From Eledone cirrhosa (lineage: Eukaryota): a DNA stretch of 64,000 bases. Under the pieces are notes generated by a model, which was given only the letters and a program-made list of their open reading frames with translations, did no database searches and was not told the DNA's origin. This document shows, one piece after another, positions 40,801 to 51,440 of the stretch; the first letter of the stretch is position 1; each line of letters begins with the position of its first letter. The stretch lies in NCBI GenBank assembly GCA_964016885.1, contig OZ024752.1, forward strand, positions 44,454,001-44,518,000, in the 5' to 3' direction. Both the position numbers and the translations under genes were made by a program.

Positions 40801-43800
40801 AGAACAGAACATATCAAGCAAGTAAAATAAACAAAATCATATTATAATTGAAGTTCACCAAAATTCACAAACATAACCACCCTTTAAGACATAAGTACAA
40901 ACAAAACTCACAATTTGGCCAGTGGTAACCTCAATTTTGGAAATTAGGAGAAAATAATTTGTATAGCTATATGTCAAGTTTTAATGGAGTATGAAATGAT
41001 GAATATTTGCCATTTCTTTGTGTTAACACGTCATGGTTCAAAATAAAGGCATATATAATATATGTACATTAAACATAGTCTTGCTGTATTTTCTATACCT
41101 TAGTATCCCAAAGTAAGCACTGTTGAAGATGAATAAAAACCTTGAAATACATATATACAGTGCTCCTACACAGGTAGCGATAGCTGTCATATAATATACA
41201 ACATGACTATGTCTATTGTAGATAAACAGATTACAGGTGTCCATATACACCTTTATTGTGAATCACACTGTGTTAGCATCATCTCTAATACTAACCAATT
41301 AAGCTTGCACTCTATGTAAATAAGATGTTTAAAAAATAGTTTGTATACAAAATCTGCAAGAAGATATTTTCTCTAGCTCAGTATCCTGTAGTAAGCATTA
41401 CTAAAGATAGATAAATATCCTGAAATACATAGTGCTCTAACACGACTAATGAACTGTGATACATTTACAGCTTTAATCAGAGTAAGATTATTTATGTTCT
41501 TTTTACGTAGATATATTGTATAGACTTGTGTGTGAGAATATGTTATGGAGAGAACTTATAACTGTTGTCATCTTAATGGGTTAGGTAGGAGTTCTCCAGC
41601 TCTGCTTCCCTTGTGTTCCTTTCTCATGAGGCTTGGTGTTTTGAAATCAGCTCTCTCCATCATTTCTTCAGTCTTTTTCCTTCCAATAGCAACTCTTGGT
41701 ACTTTACCCATGTATATGGAAGGGGCTACAGATGGAGGGGATGTTGTGCTGGATCTTGAGAATAGTATAACAATAACACATATGTATCTCACCCCTGGTG
41801 GATGTCCTAAATAACTTGTTTCACTGTTACTTCAATATATAACACTTTCTGTATTGTGTGTTTGTATTTTCTGTTTGTATATGTATAGAAACATGTTCCT
41901 ATATATTATAGTCACATATAGTACTGTACCAAGGTTAGAAACATGTTCCTATATATATTATAGTCACATATAGTACTGTACCAAGGTTAGAAACATGTTC
42001 CTATATGTATTTTCCATGTTTTATAGTTATATTGGTGTACTGTTTCTGATAGATCTGACCTCCCAGTAGCTGCTTTATTCAGAGTTATCGACACACTACA
42101 GTTGAGTTGTAATCCTGCCCTAATGATCCATTCATGGGTGACTCACAATGATTATCAATGTTTCCGTTTGTCCATTGTTGGTCCTAAGCCACGCCCCACC
42201 TCATTTTCTTGAGTGCAATTCTCTCTCATATATACATTTGTACAAACTCTCAAGAAGTATATGGGTGTATGTGAATGCTAGAAGTCCAGAATGGAACAAG
42301 CATCTAACTAGGTGTATTAATATGCACCCAATACCCTTAATAATTCTAAAGGCACTCAACAAAAAAAATATAATAATAAATAAAAAAAAAATCTTCACCT
42401 CTCATAGGATCTATCCTGTCAGCCTCTGATTTTTCAATCCTGTGATCTGAGGTACATAATATAAAATATATTAAAAAATATGCCTATCAAAATAAATTAA
42501 TCTACAAACAGAAAATATAAAACATTTCTAGGTTTTATTGAGGATTCCTGTTCACAAATGTTGCCAATGATAGCAGATCATGCAATAACATGGTGACGAG
42601 GAGGTTATACTATAGCAACACTTCACAAAAGCCAAAAGTAACATTAAAACAAGTAGAAAGAGAAACAAAACTGTCTCCATGCAATTTTTTTTTTTAAATG
42701 AAATGTGGATGGGTGTTTAAAATAAATTTTAAAATAGCATAATCATGGAGGTAGCTTGGAGTAAGAATACACATGGAACTTTCAAAGCACTTTTCTCTCT
42801 ATTATGTTAATTTGAATATTTTAATATTTTCTAAGAAATTTAACGGAAACTTAATTTCTGTGTGTTTTTAAGGTTGGTTATTTTCATTGTTTGTAATATA
42901 TAAGATCAGAAATGTGTGAGTTAATAAAACTGTCCACAATATTTGATCTTAGAACCTAAAGGGTTGTAAGTAAAATACTGCCTGATATTTTTGATTGACA
43001 CTATTTTTTCTGTCAATCCAATACATTAATAAAACAGTTATATTTATGCTGCCATAAGAGTTAGAAAGGGTTTCCAAATCCCATTATTATTCATATTTTT
43101 TTAATTTCCACTTAAATCATGTAAACGGAAAATATATGAGGGAACAGATGTATATGCCATAGCTTACAAACTAAATTTAATTTTATTTCCACCCCCAGTA
43201 AATGAAAATAGTCCTCCTATGTTGTAGGAAACTAAATAATTTACATTAAATTTGTGAAGATTACAGTTGAAAAAGTAAATATAATTATAAAGGTTTATTT
43301 TAATTTTATTTCATGTGTTGTAAAAACAATTAGATTGTGTGGGGAAAGTGAGGGCAGAGAATAAAAGGAAGAAATAAAGTACCACCTACCTAACCTAGTA
43401 GGCATTTTAAGACCACCATACTTTTTCCAGTAAATCCAACATGAGGAACAGAGACGGCACTGCATATGTACAGGTCCCCAAGAATACCACTGACTGGAAT
43501 TGGCAGCATAACAGCTTTCACAAGCTCGTCCAGAAACTTGACCATCAACACCATTCACTTTCCCACTAATGGCTGCTGGATTGGGTTTGTTGCTGTAATT
43601 AAGAATCAAATTAATGTAGAGCCAAGTCAAGTTGTTTAACCAATTTAAAGATGCTAAAAAAATACATTCCTTCTGTGATAAATTTAATCAACTATTTAAC
43701 AATCTTATTAAAACTTTGACATAAAGGCTATTGCCCCATCCCTCCATTTAACTCAATATTGCTATACAACAATTTTTCTCTAACAATATAAACATGCTAC

Positions 43801-46800
43801 AAGAAACATTAGCAGGCTGTAAAGTCCCGACAATCATCCAGGCCTTCCTTGGTCTACCTCTACTGTGGCTTCCTTCCACTTCATACCCAGCGATCGTTAT
43901 CCATGCACCCCTCATGTCTGTACCAATACAGTCTTCTCTCCTGCACACCATTTTGGATTAAACCCAGGACAATAGGAAGGGCATCTATCCACAGAAACCA
44001 TACAAAACATGGAATGTATAAGATATGGTGACCCCCCTGACAGTGAAGAGCGCACTAACTTGAACTATGGTGACCCCTTGACAGTGAGGAGTGCACTAAC
44101 TTGAACCACGATGACCCACTCAACCCATGGCAAGGAAAACACCAGTAAAAGGCCTACTGATACAATTGATTTGTGGCTAATTGTATAGTAACATCCAATG
44201 AGTATTGTTTTTAATGCTAGTGAAACAATGACAGTAAAGTGCTATCAAAGGATGAGAACAATACTTACTAGTTGGGAATGTAAACCTGCTTTAGCTTACT
44301 TTCAGCTTCAGCAGCCTTTATTCTTTTCTGTAAAAGAAAATATACCATCTCTCAACATTTTTTACCTCCAGAAAATTCAATGTATATGAAAAACTTACAG
44401 AACCCTACTTGATAACATTCTCTGCAGAGATTAGACATGAGAGTAAAACAGCATTTTGAAAGAAAAAACAATAATGCCTGATGCTAAACAATTTAAGTTG
44501 ATAATTTTCGGCATATTTTTTCTCTCTCAAATATATATCAAAGATATGCCACAATATTATAAATTTTCAGTCTCACAATAAATAATTTTTACAAAAGATT
44601 CTAACAAACTTCATACATACTTGCTGTACATATCTGTCTGTTGTTTTCCACATATAATAATATTCAATGATACTTTTTAATGACTTCCAAGGTAGCTGCA
44701 AAAAATATTTATAATTTTAGAAAAGAAGCAGTAAATTGTTTCAAAATATTACACAAATACCATTTATACAAATTTTGTTATATTGTGCAACCCTGACCTT
44801 ACTGTATAACTTAATATATCACAGCATTGATGGATCCTCCATTAGATAATTGTGCTAAGTACTGAATTCCTATTCATAAAATGTATAAGTATCTGAGTAT
44901 TTCACAGACATATGTCTCCTTATAGCTATTCTCTAGCTATGATACAATATAGCAAGTCTGGACATTTGAATTACAACAATCTAGAGACAGAGAAAGATTC
45001 AGCCTCACCAAACGGTTATTGTCCATACACATCACATGTTAATACCAGTGCAGTCTCCTGCACACATCTGATTCCTCTTATACCCAGCTTTTCTCTCAGC
45101 TCATCCTTGCTTTAATATTGTACATCCATCGAAGCCTGCTTCATTTCTCTCCAGCCTCTGCATCCAAGCAATATCACACACAGGCATCATCATACAGTTC
45201 AGTCTATCCTTTGTAACAAGAAGCCTGTTATCAGAAGCTGTTACTCCTTCAACTTTTAGCTGTCCTGAGAGAAACCACCTCCACTGCTAATTAGGTCACC
45301 TAGGTAAAAGAAGCTATAAACTACTTCTATGGAGCCTTCCCGAGATTGGAATAATAGAATGAAAAAAATAATACTTACAAAATCTTGCCTTATATCGTTG
45401 AAGTCTTTGCCATATTTATCTAGTGCTTCTTCAAATAGATTAGCTTCAGATGCAGACCATTCTTCCATTTCATCTCGACACAATACAGGACCCCCTTGTG
45501 GCACCAAACTCGTAACAGCTTTAGCTATGTCATAACCACTTCTATGTAAAGTATCCATGGCATGAAACTGAAACAGGAGAAAATAAAATCTTGGAGAAAA
45601 GTGACAATATTGAAAACAGGATGGAAGACGACCAGAAAGTTGTTATTTCTGCTGGTAACTAGAAGCTTCCCTCTCAGAGTAAAAAACAGATTATATGATG
45701 CATGGCAGTGAGGGATGTACTTGGAGTGCAGAAGATATGCAAATGAAGCATGCATTGAGGAAATGAGACAGGCAAATGATGATAAATACCAAGCCTTTCC
45801 CTGATAAAGAATGTACTTCCAACACAAATTAGTCATAAATAGCTTTAGAGTAAGGGCCAGACAAAAACCAATCCATAGAAGGAAGACATGGAAGCTGAAG
45901 TAACTTTCACTTGGGAGCAAATTCAAGGATATCCTACTTAACACTTATGTCAGTAAAAGATGGAGACCTATATGCAGAGATTTTCTTTCAGCTTGTTCAT
46001 GTTACATCATTCATGTAAACATAACACAACCAACAGAACATACTTCATTTTTTTCTAGTCTTCACAAGTTTTCTGGAGTCAAATGTTTTACTGCCATATA
46101 GTATTTTACTTCACATCATACAGTCTACTCGTCACACTTACTAGCTCCTTAAAATGTTTCCAGCTCATCTTTATTCTGGCAACTACGTGTTCTGGGTGTC
46201 CTTCCCCATTAATGCTCACCAGGGTAACAACAGCTGTCAACAACTTCTAGGAAGCAATACTTACTAATGTGACATCTCTGGAAGCTGCTGCTGCACTCAT
46301 GTGAAGACTTGGCTGCCTCACAGTACTGGTACAATCCAAAGCTCGAGCAAATGTACCAACAGACCTAGTCAAAAGAAAAGTTTATACATTTACCAAAATA
46401 AAACAAAACTGTCCCTATTAAGTTATATTTAAAAAGGGCCGGAGTCATCAGTTACAAAGAATCAATATTCTACGTTTACATAATACGTTTTCCTCTTAAA
46501 TATCTTAACACATTATTCCCAAACTGTATGTATCTGGGATTCCCAACCCACCACCATTGACATACACCTGCTGAAATACCAATCAAATGATTCTCAGCAG
46601 GAACACCTATCACTGACTAGCTTACAAAAGAAAATCTATTCACAAATGCTTTTGAGAGTAGAAAACTAAATATACATAGACAACCTAGACGTAAACTCTG
46701 TTGGTTTGTAGATCATCAACCATAGAGATAAATGAGACAATGATGTAGATAACACCCAATAAATACCAACTCTGTTTTATAAACAATTACAATTGCATCT

Positions 46801-49601
46801 CCCATTAAAAGAACAAATATGACAAAAAGGAAACAACATCCCCAATAGCTATTCTAGAAACAACAAAAACGGAAATATCCCAACAAATTTTCGAAAAATT
46901 GAGCAACATTTTAAGCTACTTAAAAAGTTTTAAACCAAGACAATATATTTATTGTAAAGTCAACGTAAAATATCAGTACTCAAAGATGTTTTAAACCTAC
47001 CTGGCTAATATCAAAAACTGATCAATTTCTTTTGGTGTTAAGGTGTTATCAGGGCCAGGCAGCCAAATTAACTGCTCAAGTTCTTCCAAGCTTCTTCCAT
47101 CTCTTTCACCTAAAGACAAAAATTTAGTTTCATTTTAATTATTTACTTCCCACAGGCCGAAGTTGAAACATCCACACCACCCTCCCATGAGGACAGGCCA
47201 AAGTATGCATCCAGTGAAGCCCCCAGTCCACACTGTAAAGTGGTCATGTAGGTGTCACAACAAAAAGCACCCAGTCCACACTGTAAAGTGATCGTGTGTG
47301 TCACAACAAAAAGCACCCAGTCCACACTGTAAAGTGATCGTGTGTGTCACAACAAAAAGCACCCAGTCCACACTGTAAAGTGATCGTGTGTATCACAACA
47401 AAAAGCACCCAACACTCACAGTGAATGAGGTTGTTGTTAGGAAGGGCATCCAGCTAGTTAAAGTTTTCAAATTTAATCTTCAAATGTTTTACTTGATATA
47501 AAGGTTTATGCAAGAACATACAGAGTTGTATGTAAAACACTAATTTTTTCATTAAGAAACATACAAGCAGTTTATTGTTGTTAGAAATACAGGTACAGTA
47601 GGTTAGAAATACAGGTACAATAGGTTAGAGATACAGGTACAGTAGGTGAGAGATACAGGTACAGTAGCATTAATAGTGTAAATTTAGAAGATGATCATTC
47701 CTATTTATTTTAACTGTTAATAATGGAAGACGCCTGTCAAGAATCAACTAGTAAATGTAACAATGATACAAGATAAAATAATTACCTTCTTTAAGTAAAG
47801 GAGTGATTTCTGCTTGATATTTGGAACCAACTCGAATTTCACCTTTGTCTGCCAACAATGTTTTCTGTTGTGGATCATATACTAATGAATAAAAAAATGT
47901 ATCCTGAAAAAGAGAAAAATCATCAAATAGTAAAAGAGCACATATTTTCGTAGAAATAAAAATTTGAATTTTCTCTACAAATTTAAAAGTACATACTTTA
48001 CTAATTTTCACTAAATTTTATTACATCAGTAAACAGTACAAAAACTATCTTCTGTAAAAAGTCAAGATATGAAAATATATGGAGGTACATGGCTTAGTGG
48101 TTAGAGCATTGGCCTTGCAATCAAAAGGTTGTGAGTTCAATTCTCAGACCGGGTGATGTGTTGTTTCCTTGAGCAAGACACTTTATTTCACATTGCTCCA
48201 GTTTACTCAGCTGTAAATGATATGATAGAGACTGGGGTCCATATCATTCCACTGCAAAGTGGTCGTGGAGGTGCCACGGCAAATACAAAAAGCACCCAGC
48301 ACTCACTGTAAATGAGGTTGGTGTTAGGAAGGGCATCCAGCTGTAGAAATCAAGCCAGAATCAGTTTCCGTTGCAAGCAGGGAAAATGATGATGATGATG
48401 ATGATGATGTTGAGTCTATGCTAGGATGGTGTACCACTGATGCACTCTTCCTAGTAAAATAATTATATACTTAGCTAGGAGTAAGCCACTCTAGCTGGCA
48501 TTTGTTGGCCTGGAGAACACCTTTGACAAGGTTATAAGAAACTGTATACTGATGATTTAGTTCTCAGCCGAATGAGTAAAAAGGCAAAATCTAGAATTGA
48601 TCTACTTCCTAGTATTTCTTTGACTATATTACTTTCTATTTTGTAACTATCAAACTTTATGAAATAACAACAAAAGGTAATACAAGATAGGTAAAAGAAA
48701 TTGTTACTGCCAAGTCAATTGTAATATTGAAAATAGTAAAGTATTATATGTACTTATGTTAATTTGTATGATGGAAAGACTTAAAGAAATAAAAGGAGGC
48801 GGTAAAATGCTCAGACATAGGATTATCAACATGTACAAAAGTACGATAACTGATGACGAAAAATACAGCATCATAGCATCTACCTTAATCTGAAGTGATT
48901 TGTTTTACCAAACAATACATACACTGCAATCCTGACTTTCAACCTACTTCTGATAAGCGGCATCTATCCTTCGAGTCGATACCACTGACTATATATTTTA
49001 TTTTTATCAAGCATACTTTTATGAAATATCTCATTCAGTTCCTAATATCTCAAAAGTGATGCCTTTTGTAAATTAGAAAAGTAACTCATTAGAGACATAA
49101 AATGGGCATCATTTACATCAAATTAAACCTGTTTATTTAGAGAATCACATATCACCACCATGGCTGGTGGTGATATGTGATTCTCTAAATAAACAGGTTT
49201 AATTTGATGTAAATGATGCCCATTTTATGTCTCTAATGAGTTACTTTAATGTCTAATTTCATCAGGCCAAATCTTTGAATTTTAGTAATATATCAATTTT
49301 TCCTTATTTCATAAAATAATTAGGAATGGCAGCCAATATTGAATACATACTAATAAATTTAGACTAATTACATATTTAATTCAATGTGTAAATGTTGAGA
49401 AGATACATACCTCTTTGTTCAAGTATGATAATAATGATTCTGTTTCATTTAAAAGTGTGACAACACATTTTCCCCGAATATGTGTTGCTGGTAAAGTTTC
49501 AACCTGTCTTGACAAAAACAGTTCTCTGTGCTTCAATTGGTGACGTTGTTTCTCTGTGATGTCATCATTGATCTCTTCCGAATCTTCTTCCATTGCAGGA
49601 A
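21051..49601 (-). CDS. MTA1: Metastasis-associated protein MTA1/MTA3-like (NuRD subunit), spliced, 5'-incomplete in window; 15 core exons, about 657 codons
   Basis: Joined exons 49411-49601, 47786-47903, 47001-47109, 46265-46364, 45379-45567, 44621-44695, 44269-44327, 43390-43592, 39876-39937, 39523-39748, 27969-28181, 26817-26909, 23444-23517, 21464-21597 and 21051-21177 form one open frame with GT-AG introns. Peptides [52 protein letters not shown] and WIDAPDDV match MTA-family proteins as I recall them. Confidence 0.96.
21464..21597 (-). CDS. MTA1: MTA exon ([15 protein letters not shown]...[18 protein letters not shown])
   Basis: 134 nt, tttcag|CGA ... AG|gtaaat. Confidence 0.94.
21760..22600 (+). 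mobile_element. Decayed RTE LINE 3' fragment in MTA intron
   Basis: [20 protein letters not shown]-like peptide followed by the shared aaaagcacccag-cacactgtaaa 3' UTR motif. Confidence 0.8.
23444..23517 (-). CDS. MTA1: MTA exon ([25 protein letters not shown])
   Basis: 74 nt, cttttag|GT ... ATG|gtaagc; supplies the required phase 1 to 0 change. Confidence 0.88.
25442..25688. repeat. 42-bp minisatellite, about 6 copies
   Basis: tgcatccatagtttacacKgtgtgcatcttaaggagctccta repeated. Confidence 0.97.
26817..26909 (-). CDS. MTA1: MTA exon ([31 protein letters not shown])
   Basis: 93 nt, ttgcag|AA ... G|gtgagt; [12 protein letters not shown] resembles vertebrate KRSYEQHNGVDG. Confidence 0.92.
27969..28181 (-). 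CDS. MTA1: MTA exon ([12 protein letters not shown]...SPMTRLP)
   Basis: 213 nt, tttatag|GT ... G|gtgag. Confidence 0.9.
29345..29434 (-). CDS. MTA1: Candidate MTA cassette exon (90 nt, phase 1-1): [29 protein letters not shown]
   Basis: cttctattgtag acceptor, G|gtaaat donor, open and frame-preserving; skipping it restores the QECQLRL reading. Confidence 0.65.
29886..30005. repeat. Inverted repeat, 52-bp arms, 16-nt loop
   Basis: 29886-29937 versus 29954-30005, 49 of 52 positions Watson-Crick. Confidence 0.95.
35027..35790. repeat. Compound repeat of (ca)tggtggtgatgatga units separated by variable (TA)n, more than 20 units
   Basis: Directly visible. Confidence 0.97.
35770..36175. mobile_element. 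Two RTE 3'-tail pieces in inverted orientation around a TA tract
   Basis: 35770-35878 (-) and 35995-36175 (+) share complementary cccacttgaggcaag/cttgcttctaaatggg and gtcttgctcgcata/tatgagcgagac segments. Confidence 0.75.
37060..37400 (-). mobile_element. Decayed RTE LINE RT fragment
   Basis: [27 protein letters not shown], homologous to 4072-4350. Confidence 0.85.
39523..39748 (-). CDS. MTA1: MTA exon, C2H2 second half and R1-like region ([17 protein letters not shown]...MKTRAAFCL...AIKQE)
   Basis: 226 nt, gttaag|GAA ... T|gtaagt. Confidence 0.95.
39876..39937 (-). CDS. MTA1: MTA exon, first half of C2H2 zinc finger ([21 protein letters not shown])
   Basis: 62 nt, ctttttcag|AG ... AAG|gtaagt; phases fit both neighbouring exons. 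Confidence 0.9.
41886..42006. repeat. About 51-bp tandem repeat, 2.4 copies
   Basis: agaaacatgttcctatatattatagtcacatatagtactgtaccaaggtt. Confidence 0.9.
43390..43592 (-). CDS. MTA1: MTA exon, GATA-like zinc finger (NKPNP...[45 protein letters not shown])
   Basis: 203 nt, ttacag|C ... G|gtagg; two CxxC pairs. Confidence 0.96.
44269..44327 (-). CDS. MTA1: MTA exon ([20 protein letters not shown])
   Basis: 59 nt, ttacag|AAA ... TA|gtaagt. Confidence 0.96.
44621..44695 (-). CDS. MTA1: MTA exon, SANT ([25 protein letters not shown])
   Basis: 75 nt, tgcag|CTA ... CAA|gtatgt. Confidence 0.96.
45030..45335 (-). mobile_element. RTE LINE fragment just downstream of the MTA SANT exon
   Basis: [19 protein letters not shown] and [12 protein letters not shown]-like remnants. 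Confidence 0.75.
45379..45567 (-). CDS. MTA1: MTA exon, ELM2-SANT (FHAMDTLH...[29 protein letters not shown])
   Basis: 189 nt, tttcag|TTT ... TTT|gtaagt. Confidence 0.97.
46265..46364 (-). CDS. MTA1: MTA exon, ELM2 ([33 protein letters not shown])
   Basis: 100 nt, ctag|G ... TTA|gtaagt. Confidence 0.96.
47001..47109 (-). CDS. MTA1: MTA exon, ELM2 ([36 protein letters not shown])
   Basis: 109 nt, tttag|GT ... AG|gtagg. Confidence 0.95.
47221..47455 (+). repeat. 46-bp tandem repeat (about 4 copies) within an RTE-type 3' UTR
   Basis: ccagtccacactgtaaagtgatcgtgtgtgtcacaacaaaaagcac, followed by aggaagggcatccagct. Confidence 0.9.
47581..47667. repeat. 22-bp minisatellite, 4 copies
   Basis: ttagaRatacaggtacaRtagg. 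Confidence 0.9.
47786..47903 (-). CDS. MTA1: MTA exon, BAH end and ELM2 start ([39 protein letters not shown])
   Basis: 118 nt, tttcag|GAT ... G|gtaat. Confidence 0.96.
48080..48410 (+). mobile_element. Apparently full-length tRNA-derived SINE with RTE-like 3' tail
   Basis: A box tggcttagtgg, B box gagttcaattc, core ccttgagcaagacactt, tail aggaagggcatccagctgtagaaa...(gat)7. Confidence 0.85.
49078..49247. repeat. Perfect inverted repeat, 83-bp arms, 4-nt loop
   Basis: 49078-49160 is the exact reverse complement of 49165-49247; loop tggc. Confidence 0.98.
49411..49601 (-). CDS. MTA1: MTA exon, BAH domain (PAMEEDSEE...[40 protein letters not shown])
   Basis: 191 nt, ag|TT phase 1 to GAG|gtatgt; the acceptor is somewhat weak. 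Confidence 0.93.
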
Positions 49602-50678
49602 CTATCATATACAAAATATATTCAAATTAGTCGCTCATACAATGCATAGAATCATTAACTGTAAAAACGCTATTTACAACTTTAAACCGTATCAGCAAAA
49701 ATCAACCAAAACCAGTTTAATACAAAAAGTTTACACAGTACAATTAGGTGTGTTTTTAATAAATTATGAACATAAAAGAAACATAATTGGTTCCTGAGGA
49801 ACAATCTTAATACCAACAATTTTCAATATAAAACTGATCCATTTAAAAATATTATTATAAATGAATATACCCTTATTTTGATATTAGATATACCTAAAAA
49901 AGTTATTAATGTAGAACTAATGACCTTTGGATTTCTATAGAAATATTAATCCTAAAATTACAGCCAAATAATCTAGACATGCTGTTGACTACAAACGGTA
50001 ACAAATGTGGCTAATTTTTTTACACTACAAATATTTTCCAGCCATTAATACAATTTTTTAACTTTATATTTTTAAAAATCAGTTTACAATTTAAAGACAA
50101 TTTTTATCACATATCTGTAAATTTTTCGAAATTTTTTCTAAATTAATAGAATATCTTCATTTATTTCATAGTTGTTAATATATTTTACATCTCATCAGAT
50201 GATATCATGCTTCGTTATTTACAATATACTCCCAAAATATTAAAACTTGCTAACAGTTACAAAAGTGTTAAGATCTTATCTGTTGAACAAACTATACTGA
50301 AGCCAAATGTTAATATATCTATACTCTTTCCATCAGTTTGATTTTACTTTTATTAATATGAGTCTTATAGATATATAATATATAGTCCAGTAATATGTAC
50401 ATAGCCAGGAAACCAGAGATAAAACCAACAGAAACAGAGTACAAAAGTTTGAAAAATAACCATATACAATGAAGATATTCAAGAAACCAAAATTAATCCA
50501 ATCTTTAACATATTTAATCAAAACACAAAACCTCATACAGAATTCATTGGATTTCTCACAAATTATTGATTTCTTCATTTTAACTACTAATCTAAAAAGT
50601 AAAAACCAAATTTATTTTCAAACTACCCTGAAAACATTAACAAAATGTACAAAATTATATAAGGAAACAAACTGCTGA

Positions 50679-50800
50679 ATTTCTGACAGAACCAAACACC
50701 CTATTTCTGACAGAACCAAACACTGCATTTCAAACAGAACCCTAACCCTATTTCTGACAGAACCAAACACCATATTTCTAACAGAACCAGACACTGTATT
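50679..50800. repeat. 24-bp minisatellite, 5 copies
   Basis: atttctgacagaaccaaacaccct variants. Confidence 0.9.
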
Positions 50801-51353
50801 TTATGATTCAAATATAAAGTTAGGGTTAGCACAAACTAAAATAGTATAAAATCTATAATACAAAACAACTTGTGGAAGAAACTATCTTAAATCAAACCAG
50901 TAAAATCAATTGTCCTTTCGAAACCTGATTAAAATATATAATCTTAAAAAGATAAAAAGGATCTGTTGAATACATATGTATACTAGGATTGATATATAAG
51001 ATACTATGTCTTATTTACACAGATGAATATGTAGTATTTATAGGTCAAGTACTGATTAAATAGGTAATTAGACACTTAAGACGAATGTTAAAAACTTAAA
51101 AGTTCAGACATAACAATCTGCTGCTGAAATGAAGCAATTCTGCAGACCAATCCATTGGAGCAGAGATGGAAATATATAATTCTTCAAGAGATTAAACAAG
51201 AAATATGAAAAATTAACTATTCCAACACTTTGCTATGACCAAGTGGTCACTGTATTAGACCAAGTGGTCACCGCATTAGGCTAAGGATGAAATATGTCCA
51301 TAAACACTACCAACTGCCCAATGCTTATAAATTTCATAGAAAATATATCTTAC

Positions 51354-51440
51354 ATGGTGCTGCTGCTGCTGCAGCAGTTAATGGTGGCACTGCTAAGGGT
51401 TCATGACCAGAATCTTCTGAGGCTTCTGAGAATGGAAACT
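51354..51440 (-). CDS. MTA1: Candidate MTA cassette exon (87 nt, phase 1-1) in BAH loop: FPFSEASEDSGHEPLAVPPLTAAAAAAP
   Basis: Strong acceptor (gtttttattcttcttcag) and donor (gtaag); open in the phase required by the next exon; GC-richer than the flanking intron. Confidence 0.7.

Noticed and set aside
48085-48160. tRNA gene
   Set aside because: Has A and B boxes but no convincing acceptor stem, continues into a SINE core and tail, and has a second copy at about 12900
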